A DNA stretch of 64,000 nucleotides from Camelus dromedarius (taxonomy: Eukaryota). The position numbers and the translations under genes are program-made. This document shows, in pieces, positions 1 through 12,819 of this stretch. The stretch is taken from NCBI RefSeq assembly GCF_036321535.1, contig NC_087436.1, forward strand, positions 49,230,001 to 49,294,000. Direction: 5' to 3'. Every line of letters starts with the position of its first letter. The stretch's first letter is position 1. Below the pieces are notes generated by a model that did no database searches, had not been told where the DNA came from, and saw only the letters and a program-made list of their open reading frames with translations.

Positions 1-299
1 CTGCAGGCCCTGGGCAGGAGGTTGAACTTGACCTTAGGAGCAGGAAGAAACCCCTGAAGGGATGTGGTCAGGGGTGGGGGCCGCTCTCAAAGCCTGTCAC
101 CCTGACTGTGCACAAAGGTCTTTGAAGGCAGACGCTGGTGTAGCTTTTCTGTAACTCAGCAGTACTGGGCACATAATAATGCTTGGCTGTTGAGAGTGAC
201 GAGCAGGCAGGGGGGAATCCTGGCTCTCCTCCTACCAGCCCCACTGCCTGGGGTGGAATTGAAGGAGGCGGGAAGTGGGCTGCACAGGCTACATCTGAG

Positions 300-440
300 T
301 GCTTACTCTGTCCTGAGAATGCTGCTACACACTATTTTATGTAAATGATTTTATTTCATCTCCGCAACGACTTTGCAGCAAATGTGTTATCCCTCATTTA
401 CCAAGTGTCTAAACAAAGCTTAAAGAGGTTATATAATTTA
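300..440 (-). mobile_element. MIR-like SINE remnant
   Basis: Degenerate MIR core (ttatccctcattta...gcttaaagaggtta). Confidence 0.45.
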
Positions 441-1329
441 ATCAATAACAATAATAATAATACTTATTAGATACACTGAGTTACTGCAATTGAAGTGGAC
501 AAGAAACAACCAACCAACCATATTATAGTTTACACTTAATTCCCCGTCGAACTCAACTTCAGTGGTGGATTTTATTAAAAATGCACTTAATGTTATTTTC
601 TGCCTCAAATGTCTATCTTCCTAAGGTTTATGATGGCATTATGTTAAAAAAAAAAAAAGAAAAGAAACAGGAGTAAACCCCTGCAAACTTCCTCTTATCC
701 AAGTTCTACACCAACCTGGACTAGCCTGGGACTTTGCATTGCACGGGATGTTGATGCTTCCTAGTTAAGAAATTGCATGTGCACCTTTGGGGTAAGAGAG
801 ATTATTTGCCTACTTCTGATTTACAAATTATCTTTTTAGCATTTGAGACATGAGCTGTCACTATACAAAATTTTTATCATAATTACAAATGAGCTTTACA
901 TATGAAAGACCTACCAGCACTTTTAAGGAAAAAACCCACTTCAGTTAGAAATGGGACACATATTTGATTGCTATCAAATAGCATTTATTTAATACAACGA
1001 TGGAATCTATCAAGTCAGTGGGCTTTTACCTGCCTGTCTCTTCTGCCTTTAGTTGTGGGATCCGCAGCTGTGATTGGGTGGAAACCTCTTGAAGGAAGTA
1101 GAGGAAGGCCTGGCCCACCCCTTACTGCCTTGTGACCTCAGCCAAGTTGCTTTACTGCCCTGGGTCCTGGTTTCGTCGTCATGTTTTTAATTTAAAGAAG
1201 GCTCTTGCCTACTCAAGTACATCACGCCAGTATTCTCCCCTTACTCTTTCTCCCACTTTGTCAATTCTCGTAGAGACTTCCAGTCTGCATACTGAGTCAG
1301 TCTCGTAGAGAATCATTCCAGTCTGCATA

Positions 1330-2725
1330 CTGAGATCCTCCGTGGTATCCCAGCTTAAAAAGCCTTTTCCTTGCCTCCACCTCCCTCCAGATAACGCCTC
1401 ATTTCTCTTCTCTCTTCATAGCAAAACTCCTTGAAACAACCACTGAGACCCACTGTCTGAATTCTCTTCTCCACTTTTTTTTTTCTATTTATTAAAAAAA
1501 TTTTTTAAAATTGAAGTGCAGTTGATTTACAACGTTGTATAAGTTTCAGGTGTACAGCATAGTGATTCGGTTATATGTATACATAAATATGTGTGTGTGT
1601 ATATATATGGATATAACCTTTTCATATTCTTTTTCATTATAGGTTACTACAAGATAGTAAATTTAGTTCCCCGTGCTATACAGTAGGACCTTATATTTTA
1701 TCTATTTTATATATAGTAGTTTTGTATCTGCTAACCCCAAACTCCTAATTTATCCCTCCCCACGCTTTCCCTTTTGGTAACCATAAGTTTATTTTCTATG
1801 TCTGCAAGTCTGTTTCTATCTTGTAAATGAGTTCATTTGTATCATTTTTTAGATTCCCCATATACATGACAACATATGGTATTTGTCTTTCTCTGCCTGA
1901 CGTACTTCACTTAGTATGATCACCTCTAGGTCCATCCATGTTGCTTCATCCTCCTCTCTACTTTTGAGCTCTGTCCAGTCAGGCTTTGGCTTGTGCCATT
2001 CCCCCAGAACAGCTCCTATAGTTCTCAATCATGATCTGCCTGTTTCTAAACCCAGCAGTCCACTCTCACGCCTCATTTTTGTTGACCTCGAGCAGGACTG
2101 AACACAGTTGATCATTTTTTTTTTATTTTTTTAAATAAGAAAAAGCTCTTTCTTCACTTGGTTTCTAGATAACATCTCCACCCACCGCCACTGCCACCTA
2201 CGTCATGAATGGCTCTTTCAGCCTTCTTTGTAGGGTTCTTTTCCACATCTCAATCTCTGAATATTGAAATGGCCCAGACCTCAGTCCTTGGGCATCTCTA
2301 CACTCCCCCTTAGGAGATTTTATGTAGTCTAATGGCTTTAGTGCCATCTTATGCTGATATGACTCCCACATTTGAATCTCCAGCCATTCTTCTCTGAAGA
2401 AGATTTTGTTACCAATTGACTTTGCAGTACCTCCACTTGAGTATCTGGTAAGCATCTCAAACTGAACATCTTTGAACTCCTAACTCTTCCCAGCCTCCAA
2501 ACCTTCTCCTAAAGTTTTCCCAGCTGAATTTCATTGTTTCCTCCTGAGTAAATGATAATTTCAATCATCCAGTTGCCCAAGCCAAAGTCTTTGAGGTCAT
2601 TCTTTGTTTCTTTCATAGCCACATCCTTGATTCCTCCACTTCTCATCACCTCTACCACTTTGGTCTCTTACTTGGCTTCCTACAGTGGCCTTTCGTCTGG
2701 TCTCCTTATTTCTGGCTTTGTTTCC
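1330..2725 (+). mobile_element. Ancient L2 LINE fragment, interrupted by the L1 at ~1474-1945; its probable 3' end lies at ~8555-8700
   Basis: L2-like text (acacagttgatca, cctcagtccttgg, gactcccacatttgaatctccagcc, catctcaaactgaacat); gaatgaatgaatga tail near 8685-8698. Confidence 0.6.
1474..1945 (-). mobile_element. 5'-truncated LINE-1 3' end (artiodactyl-type)
   Basis: Poly-T followed by ttgaagtgcagttgatttac...tccatccatgttgc; homologous to the L1 tails at 24421 and 42190-43000 in this window. Confidence 0.85.
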
Positions 2726-2727
2726 CT

Positions 2728-5700
2728 AGGTTTATTGAGATCTAATTGACACAAAATATTATGTATGATTTGATACATTTATGTGTTGCAAAATGATTAC
2801 CATCATAGGCTTAGCTATCACCTCCATCCAGTCATATAGTTATTTCATTTTTTGTGTTGAGAATGCTTAAGATCTATTTTCTTAGCAACATTCAAGTATA
2901 TATAATACAGCATTATTAGCTAAAACAACCATGCTTACATTAGATCCCCAAACATGTTAATCTTGTAACTGGAAGTTTATACCCTTTGACCAATAACAAC
3001 CATTCTACTTTCTGTTTCTGAGTTTGACTTTTTTTTGATTCTGCATATAAATGAGATCACACAGTTGTTTATCTTTCTCTGTCTGACATACTTCACTTAG
3101 CATGGTACCCTCAAGGTTCATCCAAGTAGTTGCAAATGGCAGGATTTCCTTTTTTTTCTCATGGGTGAATCATCTATTCATCCACTGACAGACACTTAAG
3201 TTGTTTCCATATCTTGGTTATTGTGAGTAATGCTGCAATGTACATGGGAGTTCAGATATCTCTATGAGATCCTAGTTTTAATTACTTTGGATATACACCC
3301 AGAAGTGGACTCCTAGTTCATATGGTAGTTCCATTTTTAATTTTTTTGAGGAACCTCCATACTGTTTTCCGCAGAGGATGCATGAATTTACATTCCCACC
3401 AACAGTGCACAAGGATTCCTCTCTACACCCTCACCAAAACTTGTTCTCTTTTTGATGATAGTCATTCTAACAGGTGTGACATGATATCTTATTGTGGTTT
3501 TGATTTGCATTTCCCTTATGATTAGTAATGTCAAGCAATTTTTCATGTACCTGTTAGCCATCTGTACGTCGTCTTTGGAAAACTGTTTATTCAGTTTGCG
3601 TATTTTCAATCAGATTGTCGTTTATTTTTTGCTTTTGAGTTGCTTGAATTCTTGATGTACAGTAGTCCCCCCTTATCTGTGGTTTCAGTTATTCCCTGTC
3701 AACCAAGGTCCAAAAATAGTAAATGGAATATTCTGGAAATATTATGGACTATTTCTGAAAGAAATAGTTCATAAGTTTTAAATTCTGCACTGATCTGAGC
3801 AGCATAATGAAACCTCATGCAGTCCTGCTCTGTCCTGCCCAAGATCCCCAAACATTGACATCATCTTGGCTCAATGATTCGAAATCACCTAAAGCAGATG
3901 ACCCTGCTGCTGATGGATTGTCAGTCGGCCAATCAGAGCCTAACACTAGGTTACAGTGCCTACGTCATTCACCTCACTTCCTCTCAGCATGTAGGCGTTT
4001 TATCATTTTATCATTAGAGATTACATTCACATAAGGTTTGTTACAGCATATTGTTACAATTCTATGATTAGTTATTGCTGTTAATCTCTTACTGTGCCTA
4101 ATTTATAAGTTAAGCCTTATCATAGGTATGTATGTGTAGAAAAGAAATATGTATAGAGTTTGATACCATCTGCGGTTTCAGACATCCAGTAGTGGGTCTT
4201 GGAGCTTATTGCCCACAGATAAGGAAGGACTGACTGTATTTTGGATATTAACTGTTTGTCAGATACATGATTTGCAAATACTTTCTCCCATTCTATAGGT
4301 TGTCTTTTCACTTTGTTGATTGTTTCTTTTGCTGTGCAGAAGCTTTTCAGTTGGATGTGGTCACACATTTTTGCTTTTGCTGCTTGTGCTTTTGTTGTCT
4401 TATCCAGGAAATCATAGCCAAGACCAAATGTCAGGGAGATTTCTTCCTAAGTTTTCTTCTACAAGTATAATGGCTTTAGGTCTTCAATTTAAGTCTTTAA
4501 TTCAGTTGAGTTACTTTTTTCTGAGTGGCCTAACATAGGGGTCCAATTCCATTCTACACATGTTTATCCAGTTTTCCCAACCCTTTTCCCACATTGAATA
4601 TTCTTGGTTCTCTTGTCAGATATAGTTTGCCTTATATGTGTGGAGTTCATTTCTGGGCTCTTGATTTTGGTGGAGTCTTTAGGGTTTTCTGTACATAGTA
4701 ACATGTCATCTTCAAATAATGACAGCTGTAATTCTTCCCTTCAAATGCCTTTTTTTCCTTTGTCTGATTGTTGTGGCTAGGACTTCCAACACTATGTTAA
4801 ATGGAAGTGGTGAGGGTGAACATCCTTGTTTTGTTCCTGATCTTACAGGAAAAGCTTTCAGCTTGTCACCAGTGAGAATGATGTTGGTTGTGGGTTTGTC
4901 ATAAATAGCTTTTATTATATTAAGGTATGTTCCCTCTATACCAACTTTGTTGAGAGCATTTATCTTAAATAGATGTTGAATTTTGTCAAATGCTTTTTCT
5001 GCATCTGTTGAGATTATCATGTAATTTTTACCCTTTATTTTGTTAATATGGTGTGTCACATTGACTGATCTATGGATATGGAACCATCTTTGCATCCCTG
5101 GAATAAATCCCACTTGCTCATGATGTATGATTCTTTTTATATATTGTTGAATTTGATATGCTAATGTTTTGTTGAGGATTTTTACATTTATGTTCATCAA
5201 GGATATTGGCCTGTAATATTCTTCATTTTATTTTATTTATTTTTTTAATGTCATCTGGTTTTTGTATCAGTGTAAGACTGGCCTTGTAGAATGAATTTGG
5301 AAGTGTTCCCTAGTCTTTACTTTTTTGGAATAGAAAAAGATAGGTATTAACTCTTCCGTAAATGTTTGGTAGAATTTTCTGGTGAAGAGGTCTGGTCCTG
5401 TTTGTTGGGAGTTTCTTGATTACTGATTCAATTTTATTACTAGTAAAGGATCATCCAGATTTTCTATTTCTTCCTGATATAGTCTGGGAAGATTGTATGT
5501 TTTAGGAATGTATTTATTTCTTCTAGGTGGTTCAATTTTTTGGCATGTAACTCTTCATTGTATTTCTGTAATATAGGTTATAACTTCTCCTTTTTCATTA
5601 TTAATTTTATTTATTTGAGCCCTCTTTTTTGATGAGTTTGGCTAAAGGCTTATCAATTTCTATTTTGTAAAAAAGAAACTTAATTTCATTGATACTTCCT

Positions 5701-8550
5701 ATTTTTTTTTTTGTCTCTATTTTATTTATTTTGTTTTTGATCTTTATTTCCTTCCTTCTGCTGATTTGGGACTTTGTTCTTTTTCTTCTAAACTCTTTAG
5801 ACAGAAAGGTTATTTGAGATTTTTCTTGTTTCTTGATGTAGGCCTGTATTGCTATAAACTTCCCTTTTATAACTGCTTTTGCTGTGTCCTGTGGATTTTT
5901 GAATATTATTTTTCTATTTTTATTAATCTCAAGGTTTTTTTTTTTTATTTCTTCTTTGTTTTCTCTATTGACTCATTGGTTTTTTTTTTTAGTAATATGT
6001 TGTTTGTCTCCACATATTTGTGCTTTTCCAGTTTTCTTCCTATAATTATTTTTAGTTTCATACTATTTGTGGTCAGAAAAGATGCTTTATGTAATTTTAA
6101 TCTTGGTAAATTTGATACTTGTTTTGTGGCCTAGCACATGATCTGTCTTGGAGAAAGTTCTATGTGAACCTGAAAAGAAGGTGTATTCTGCTTTTTTGGA
6201 GGTAGAATGTTCTACAGATATTAAGTCCTGGTCTAATGTGTCATTTAAGGCAGCTGTGTCCTTATTGATTTTCTGCCTGGATGATCTATCCATTGATGTA
6301 AGTGGATTTTTTTTCTTTAAATATTTGGTAGAATTCACTAGTGAAGCAGTCTGGTCCTGGACTTTTATTTGTTGGGAGGTTTGATTACTAATTCACTCTG
6401 CTTACTCGTTATTAGTCTGTTCAGATTTCCTGGCTGTTTATGATTGAGTCTTTCTGGAAAGTTTTCCATTTCTTGAAATTTATCCATTTCTTCTAGGTTA
6501 TCCAGTTTGGGGCATATAATTGGTTTTACTAGTCTCTCATGATACTTTGTATTTCTGTGGTATCAGTTGTAATGTCTCCTATTTCATTTCTGATTTTGAG
6601 TCCTCAGTCCTCTTTCAGTTTTTTTAAGTAAGTCTAACTAGAAGTCCATAAATTTTTAATTTTTTCAAAAAAAAGCTCTTAATTTCATTGATTTTTTTTT
6701 TATTGTTTTATGGTCTCTCATTTATTTATGCTCAGATACTTGTTATTATCTTCCTTCTTCTAACTTTAGTTTTATATGTTCTTTTTCTAGTTTGAGGTAT
6801 AAAATTGTTTGAGATTTCTTTTTTCTTAATATATGTATTAATATATGCATATATAAACATCCCTCTTAGACTGCTCTTGGAGCATCCTATAATGTTTTAT
6901 ATGTTGTACCTCCATTTTTATGTTTCTAATATATTTGATTTTCCTTTTCCTTTTTTTTTTTTTTTTTGATCCATTAGGTTTTCATGACTATGTTGCTTCA
7001 TCTGCATGTACTTGCAAAATTTCCAGGTTTCCTCTTGTTACTGATTCCTAGTTTCATACTATTGTGGCTGGAAAATATACTTACTGTTATTTCAGTCTTC
7101 TTGTATTTGCTAAGACTTATTTCGTAATGTGATCTATTCTGAAGAAAGTTATATTAGAGCTTGAGAAGAAACTGTATTCTGCTGCTGTTAGATTAATATT
7201 CTGTATGTGTCTGTTAAGTTTATTTGGTCTAAAGTTTGATTCAAGTCTAACGTTTCCTTGTTTTTCCTGTTTTGATAATTTCTCCATTGTTGAAAATGGA
7301 GTATTGAAGTCCCCTACTCTTAATATATTATTATCTGCTTCCCCCTTCAGACCTGTTAGTATTTGCTTAAAATATTTAAGGTATTCTGATGTTAAGGGCA
7401 TATATATTTATAAGTGTTTTATCTTCTTAATAAATTGATACCTTTATCAATATAATGTCCATCTTTTCCTCTTGTTATCACTATTGGCTTAAAGTTTATT
7501 TTTTCTGATATTAAGTATAGCTACCCCTGGTCTCTTTTGGTTTCCACTTAGATGGAATATATCCACCTTCATTTGAGATCATGTGTGTCCTTAAAGCTGA
7601 ACTGAGTCTCTTGTAAGCATACAGTTTTTTAATGCATTTAGTCACTCTGTGCCTTCTCATTGGGGAATTCAACAAAGTAATATTTAATTATTGATAGGTA
7701 AGTTTTGAAGTTTTCTTTCTCTTTTCTTTCTTTCTTTGCTGCCTTTCTTTGTAAGTTGATGACTTTCTGAAGTGTAATGTTTTGATTTCCTGCTCTTAAT
7801 TTATGTATCTATTGTAGATTCTGGCTTGTGTTCCCCACAAGGTTTACATAAAACATCTTGTGTACGTAACAGTCTAATTTACCCTGATAATAATTTAACT
7901 TTGATTGCATACAAAAACTATATTTTTACTCCCTGATTTTATATTTCTGATGTCATCATTTACCATCTTTTTTTTTATTGTGTATCCATTAACAAATTGT
8001 TGAAACTAGAGCTATTTTTATGCTTTTGTGCTTTAACTATTATTTTAGAGGTAAGTAGTTGGCACATCACCATGTTACAGTATTAGAGTATTCTCAATTT
8101 GACTATATGTTACCCTTTACCAGTGTGTGGTACATTTTATGTTTTATTTTAGTAGTTAGCATTCTTTTGTTTCAACTCAAAGACTCATTTCAGCATTTCT
8201 TGTAAGCTGGTTTCATGGTGATCAGTTCCCTTAGCTTTTGTCTGTTAGGGAAGGTCTTTATTTCACGTTCATTTCTGAAGAGCAGTTTTTGCATGGTAAA
8301 ATATTCTTGGTTGGCAGTTTCTTTCTTTTAGGATTTTGCATATATTATCCCGTTCTCTCCTGGCTTGTAAGGTCTCTGCTGAGAAATCCATTGATAACCT
8401 TATGGAGGTTCCTTTGTATGAGACAATTTTTTCTCTCACCTTTTGAATTCTGTTTTTATTTTTGGTTTTATAGAGTTTAATTAATATGTGTCTTGGATAA
8501 GAACATTTTGGATTAGAATTTTGAGATGACTTACTAACTTCATGAGCTTA
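2728..8550 (-). mobile_element. Composite block of decayed LINE-1 sequence (3' UTR, ORF2 RT/EN, ORF1 remnants)
   Basis: Minus-strand ORFs 3388..3609, 4120..4368, 4712..5200 ([28 protein letters not shown]), 6087..6338 and 7117..7401 (VGDFNTP) are L1 ORF2p fragments. Confidence 0.93.
3660..4236. mobile_element. TcMar-Tigger non-autonomous DNA transposon (MER44/Tigger7-like) inserted in an L1
   Basis: Imperfect TIRs cagtagtcccccttatctgtgg ... ccacagataaggaaggactgactg, flanked by TA at 3658-3659 and 4237-4238; L1 ORF2 sequence resumes on both sides. Confidence 0.85.
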
Positions 8551-8899
8551 GATCTGTCTTTGCCTTTTAAAATCCATTCTTAACAGAGTTATCCAGGAAG
8601 ATTGGTTTTGCTCATTGCCAGATGCTTAACTACTAGAAATGTACTTGACACAATGTTTAAGAGTGAGTGTTCAAAACTATATGTGAATGAATGAATGATT
8701 ACATAAAACCAGGGTGCTGGGAAGTGATCTCTAAGGTCTTATTCAAATCTGCTTATCCATGCTCTTGTACAGTTAATAAGTACTTCCTCTTTCTCACTAA
8801 TGACTTTAAAATGTGTAAAATAAAGCCACTATAGTAGGAAATTAGTCTCAGCTGAACTAATGAACATAATTATAATAGTTGGGTTTTTTAGAAGTCTTT

Positions 8900-9070
8900 T
8901 TAATGTGCTTTAAATGAACTTATTTGTTCCTCACAACAACCTTGTGAGATAGGTATTGTTATTTTCATTCTCCAGGGGCAGAAATTGAGGAAAAGAGAGG
9001 AAGGATTAGCACCTAGCTAGCCCAGGGTCGTATGGCTAGTAATAGCCAGGACTTGAACCCAGAGCTGTAG
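8900..9070 (-). mobile_element. MIR SINE
   Basis: cctcacaacaaccttgtgagataggtattg...gaaattgagg...agccaggacttgaacccag. Confidence 0.7.
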
Positions 9071-10671
9071 TTCCTTATTGTAAGTCACTTCCTAGGGAAT
9101 TCAAAAATGAAAACATTTTTAAGTCGGTGATACATAATACTTAAAACATAACTCCCTTCTATTTTAATATACTCCACCCTAAAATATTTTATTCAAATTT
9201 GAAAGATGGATATTGTAAACAATAATTCCATGAACTATATCTGTTAGTATGTGACACTGTAAGTAAAGGAAATAAAAATATAATATTGGTTGATTTTTTT
9301 TTCCCTTTGCTTTTAACTCTCAAATGGTTTGGACATTTTATTGGTCTTTGATATGTATTTGGTATGTTAAGAACTGTGACGTCATTCCAACTACTGGAGT
9401 TTTCACATAATCTCTAGGGGATTAACTCATCTGGAAATCAGTTTGAGGCTTTATGAGATCACAGGACAGAGGATTATTTCCTTGTTTTGTCACTGTCTTC
9501 TTGTAGCTTTGAGGTCCTAATGCTGCCTCATGATCAAGAGCTCTTATGCTGCTATGTAAATCTGTTTGGTCAGGGGAGGGAATGAGGGGTCCTACTGTGG
9601 GGAGAAGGGACAGGGCTGCGGGAGTCAGCAAGGTGAGCCCTAAGGTGTGGTCAGTGGATGCCCCTCCTAACATGAAGCAAAGGGCAGGGAGAGGGAAAAC
9701 ATAAACTGTAAGAACAACTGTTTATTCTAGTTGGTGACTGAAGTTTTACATTCTCACTAGTCCTCACCACATCCCTGTGAGGCATGCACTATTTTATTGG
9801 TTTTTGCAGTTGAAGCCTAACTGGTAAAAGTGCAAGGCTGCGTCCAAAGCCAGGTGCTTTCTGCTACACTGCTGCTCCTACTTCATCGCCGTCCTTAAAG
9901 CTCAATCCAGAGCTCCCCATGAGAGAGGGGTTAGGCCACCACAGGCGTCTCAAGTTTCAAGCAACTCCACTCAGATTTCTATTAATGTGACTCTTCTGTG
10001 CAAGGAATAAAAGCAAGTGCTCAATGGATATGCCTATAGATCCTTCATTAAGTGAATTTAAATGATCAGAATTCATTCTCGTGGGAGTAGGGAAAGATGT
10101 GGAGTATCTTTCTGTAACTACGAAATTTTACCCAGCACCTGAGTAGTAATCTCATTTCTGTTTGAATTAAGAATTGATTAGAGAGGAAAATGACAAGTTG
10201 AGTCAAGAAATCCTTTTGAAACAGCATAAAAGCCCCCTAAAGAAAGCATATTCGTCGAGTGTGTGTGTAAGAGTGGCCCCTTTCAAGAAGGAATCCTGGA
10301 CATTTGTGAGAAACTGCCTGATAGGAGAGGGAAATGCAGGCAGGTGGCCTCAGAAATATGGGAACAAAAGTACCTTTATTCTTCGAAACTGAAGAGTGCT
10401 GGTAAAACTGAAATAATCTATAATTGCAGTTAATTCTTTTCTAGGCATCTTTTGTGAATGTTTTTTCACCACTCTAACAACTAGAGAGTGTGTTTCTCAG
10501 GAGAGGGAGGAAGGGAGGGAGGGAGAGACAGAGGGAAGAAGGAAGTGTCTCAACTCCTTACTGCAAAGCTGAGTGACTGAAGTTTGTGAGCAAAGGTCTT
10601 CGTGGGACCAGCACTCTCCCCTCGCGTTCATTTTGGAAAGAAAAGACCCTCCCCTAGACGCCTTCTTCCTC

Positions 10672-10711
10672 TTTTTGTTTTGTTTTGTTTTGTTTTGTTT
10701 TGTTGTTGTTG
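10672..10711. repeat. (TTTTG)n/(TTG)n simple repeat
   Basis: Directly visible. Confidence 0.9.
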
Positions 10712-12198
10712 TATACTCACCTCCAGGTGGCCTTTAAAAAAAAAAAAAAGATTAAATTCACAGTAGCCTGAGGAGTAGGTGCCTTGATGAATAAGGCCTT
10801 TCTCACTGAATCTGGTTCTCACACAGCTGCTCTGAGTACAGAGTGGGAGGATCAGGCAGGAGTCAAAGCGGAGCTAGAATTACCCAAAGCAGGAGGGCTT
10901 TTATGATAAACCCAACGGGAGAGACTGAGGAAAGGTGCATGTGGTCCTGGGTGACAGAGCAGCTGTGTGCACGTCTGCTTGCCTGAAAAGGTTCATTCTT
11001 GGCAATTATTTCCAGAGGAGGCAAGGGGCCAATAAAGCTTTGTGATGCGGGCTCATCTGTCATTGCCAGCTGTCTCCCGCGTTCAAGTCCACCTCCACTC
11101 ACAAGCAGCAGTGCGTCATTTACAGCGCGCTGGCATCACCAGCCTCTGCTGGTGGGGTCAGTCAGGACCGCCCCTGGAGGGAAAAGCTTTTGCGCTCACA
11201 GAACTTTAAATTCCCGTTGCTCTGGGCACTGGAGACTAGCAAATGTGGAGAGTCGGAGGCTCCCAAGTTTCAGCCGGAGGATGGATCATGAAACGAGGGT
11301 TGACAGTATTCCCAAAGGGTTGAAATTAAAAAAAAAAATCAAATCATTGGATCACTGCTTTTAAAATGGTGATGTTGCTTCTCTTCATATCCTGGCTTTG
11401 AGTAGGGTGCTGGAGGAATCACCTGGTCAGTGATTCAAAGGTTATTAAACGGCAATCATTTCCCGGGCTTAGAAATGACTGTTTGGCCCAGGCTGAACAG
11501 AGAAGAAATCATGGGAAAGGGAAGTCCCTTACTTCACGCGTAGTGAAAATGATTCTCTACCAATTTGGGAAGGGGTGGGGGTGGGGGTTGGAAGACCCAC
11601 CGTAACTAGAACTAGTCACTGTGTTTAAATCTTGTGTTTCTAAAAGTGTTTCAGCAGGAGTGCATGGTGCTGTGTGAGGGGTGGTTCACATGACAGGGGA
11701 AGGGGCGGAGATAGAGACAATCTAACTTCAAGCTCTCTGAAGCCATGTGGGATGGATGAGGGCATGCACATTCTTCTGGGGCCTCTCAGGCCACCTCTTC
11801 CCATTCCTCTTGCCTAATGCTGCCTCCTTTCGGACAGGCAGTGAGAGGAAGGAGTCTTCCTTGGAGAGTGGACATGAAGAGGAAGATAAGAATCTGAGAA
11901 CAAGGCTGGCCTTAGACCAAAGCAATATGAACTCAACCCCAGTGTCCCTGTTGTCGTCAACAGCCCTCAGACTATACATCAGGAGGGCCGGTCAGCCTAA
12001 GGTCAGCAGAAGTGCTGTGACTCCGTTCCTGACTTATGCTGGCTCCATACTCAAAGTGAATAGGTTAAAAATTAAGCTTGAAAAATAAGTCAATTGACTG
12101 ACTAAACTATTCAACCAGAGAAATATCTTGGCCTTAATTATTTGGATGTTACCTTAGATATTGAGAATTGAGAATAACCATCTAATTAAATGAAGAAG

Positions 12199-12288
12199 TA
12201 TGTATATATATATATACACACACACATACATACACACATATACATACACACAGAGAATAACCATCTAATTAGATGAAGAAGTTGTGGT

Positions 12289-12318
<30 letters not shown>
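12199..12318. repeat. Compound (TA)n/(CA)n microsatellites around a duplicated 30-bp junction
   Basis: Visible dinucleotide runs at ~12199-12252 and ~12291-12318. Confidence 0.9.
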
Positions 12319-12319
<1 letters not shown>

Positions 12320-12709
12320 AGAATATTACTCAGCCATAGTCTAAGTGAAGTAAGACAGAAAGAAAAATACCATAGGATATCACTTATATGTGGACTCTAA
12401 AAAAATAACACAAATGAACTTACAAAACAGAAACAGACTTGCAAACATAGAAAGCAAACTTATGGTTACCCAAGGGGAAAGGGTGGGTAAGGCTAAATTA
12501 AGAGTTTGGGATTAGCAGATACAAACTACTGTATATAAAACAGATGAACAACAAGGTCCTACTGTATAGCACAGAGAACTATATTCAGTATCTTGTAATA
12601 ACCTATAATGAAAAAGAATATAGATATATGTATAACTGAATCAGTTTGCTGTTCACCAGAAACTGAAACAACATTGTAAGTCAACTAAACTGCAATAAAA
12701 AAAAGGTCA
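12269..12709 (+). mobile_element. 5'-truncated L1 3' end with 15-bp TSD agaataaccatctaa
   Basis: L1 tail (tactcagccata...aagtcaacta, aataaa 12694..12699); TSD copies at 12254..12268 and 12710..12724. Confidence 0.85.
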
Positions 12710-12819
12710 AGAATAACCATCTAAAAAGTATCTTTAAAAAACAATCTCTTCATTCCCTTTTGCCTCACTGAGGCAGCAGTAATTCAGGCAGTAAACAGAA
12801 ATTTCAACAGGACAATACT

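Noticed and set aside
10999..12088. ORFs of 121 and 113 aa downstream of TET2 as novel genes
   Set aside because: No recognisable domain, splice structure or codon bias; the lengths are within chance for GC-richer DNA
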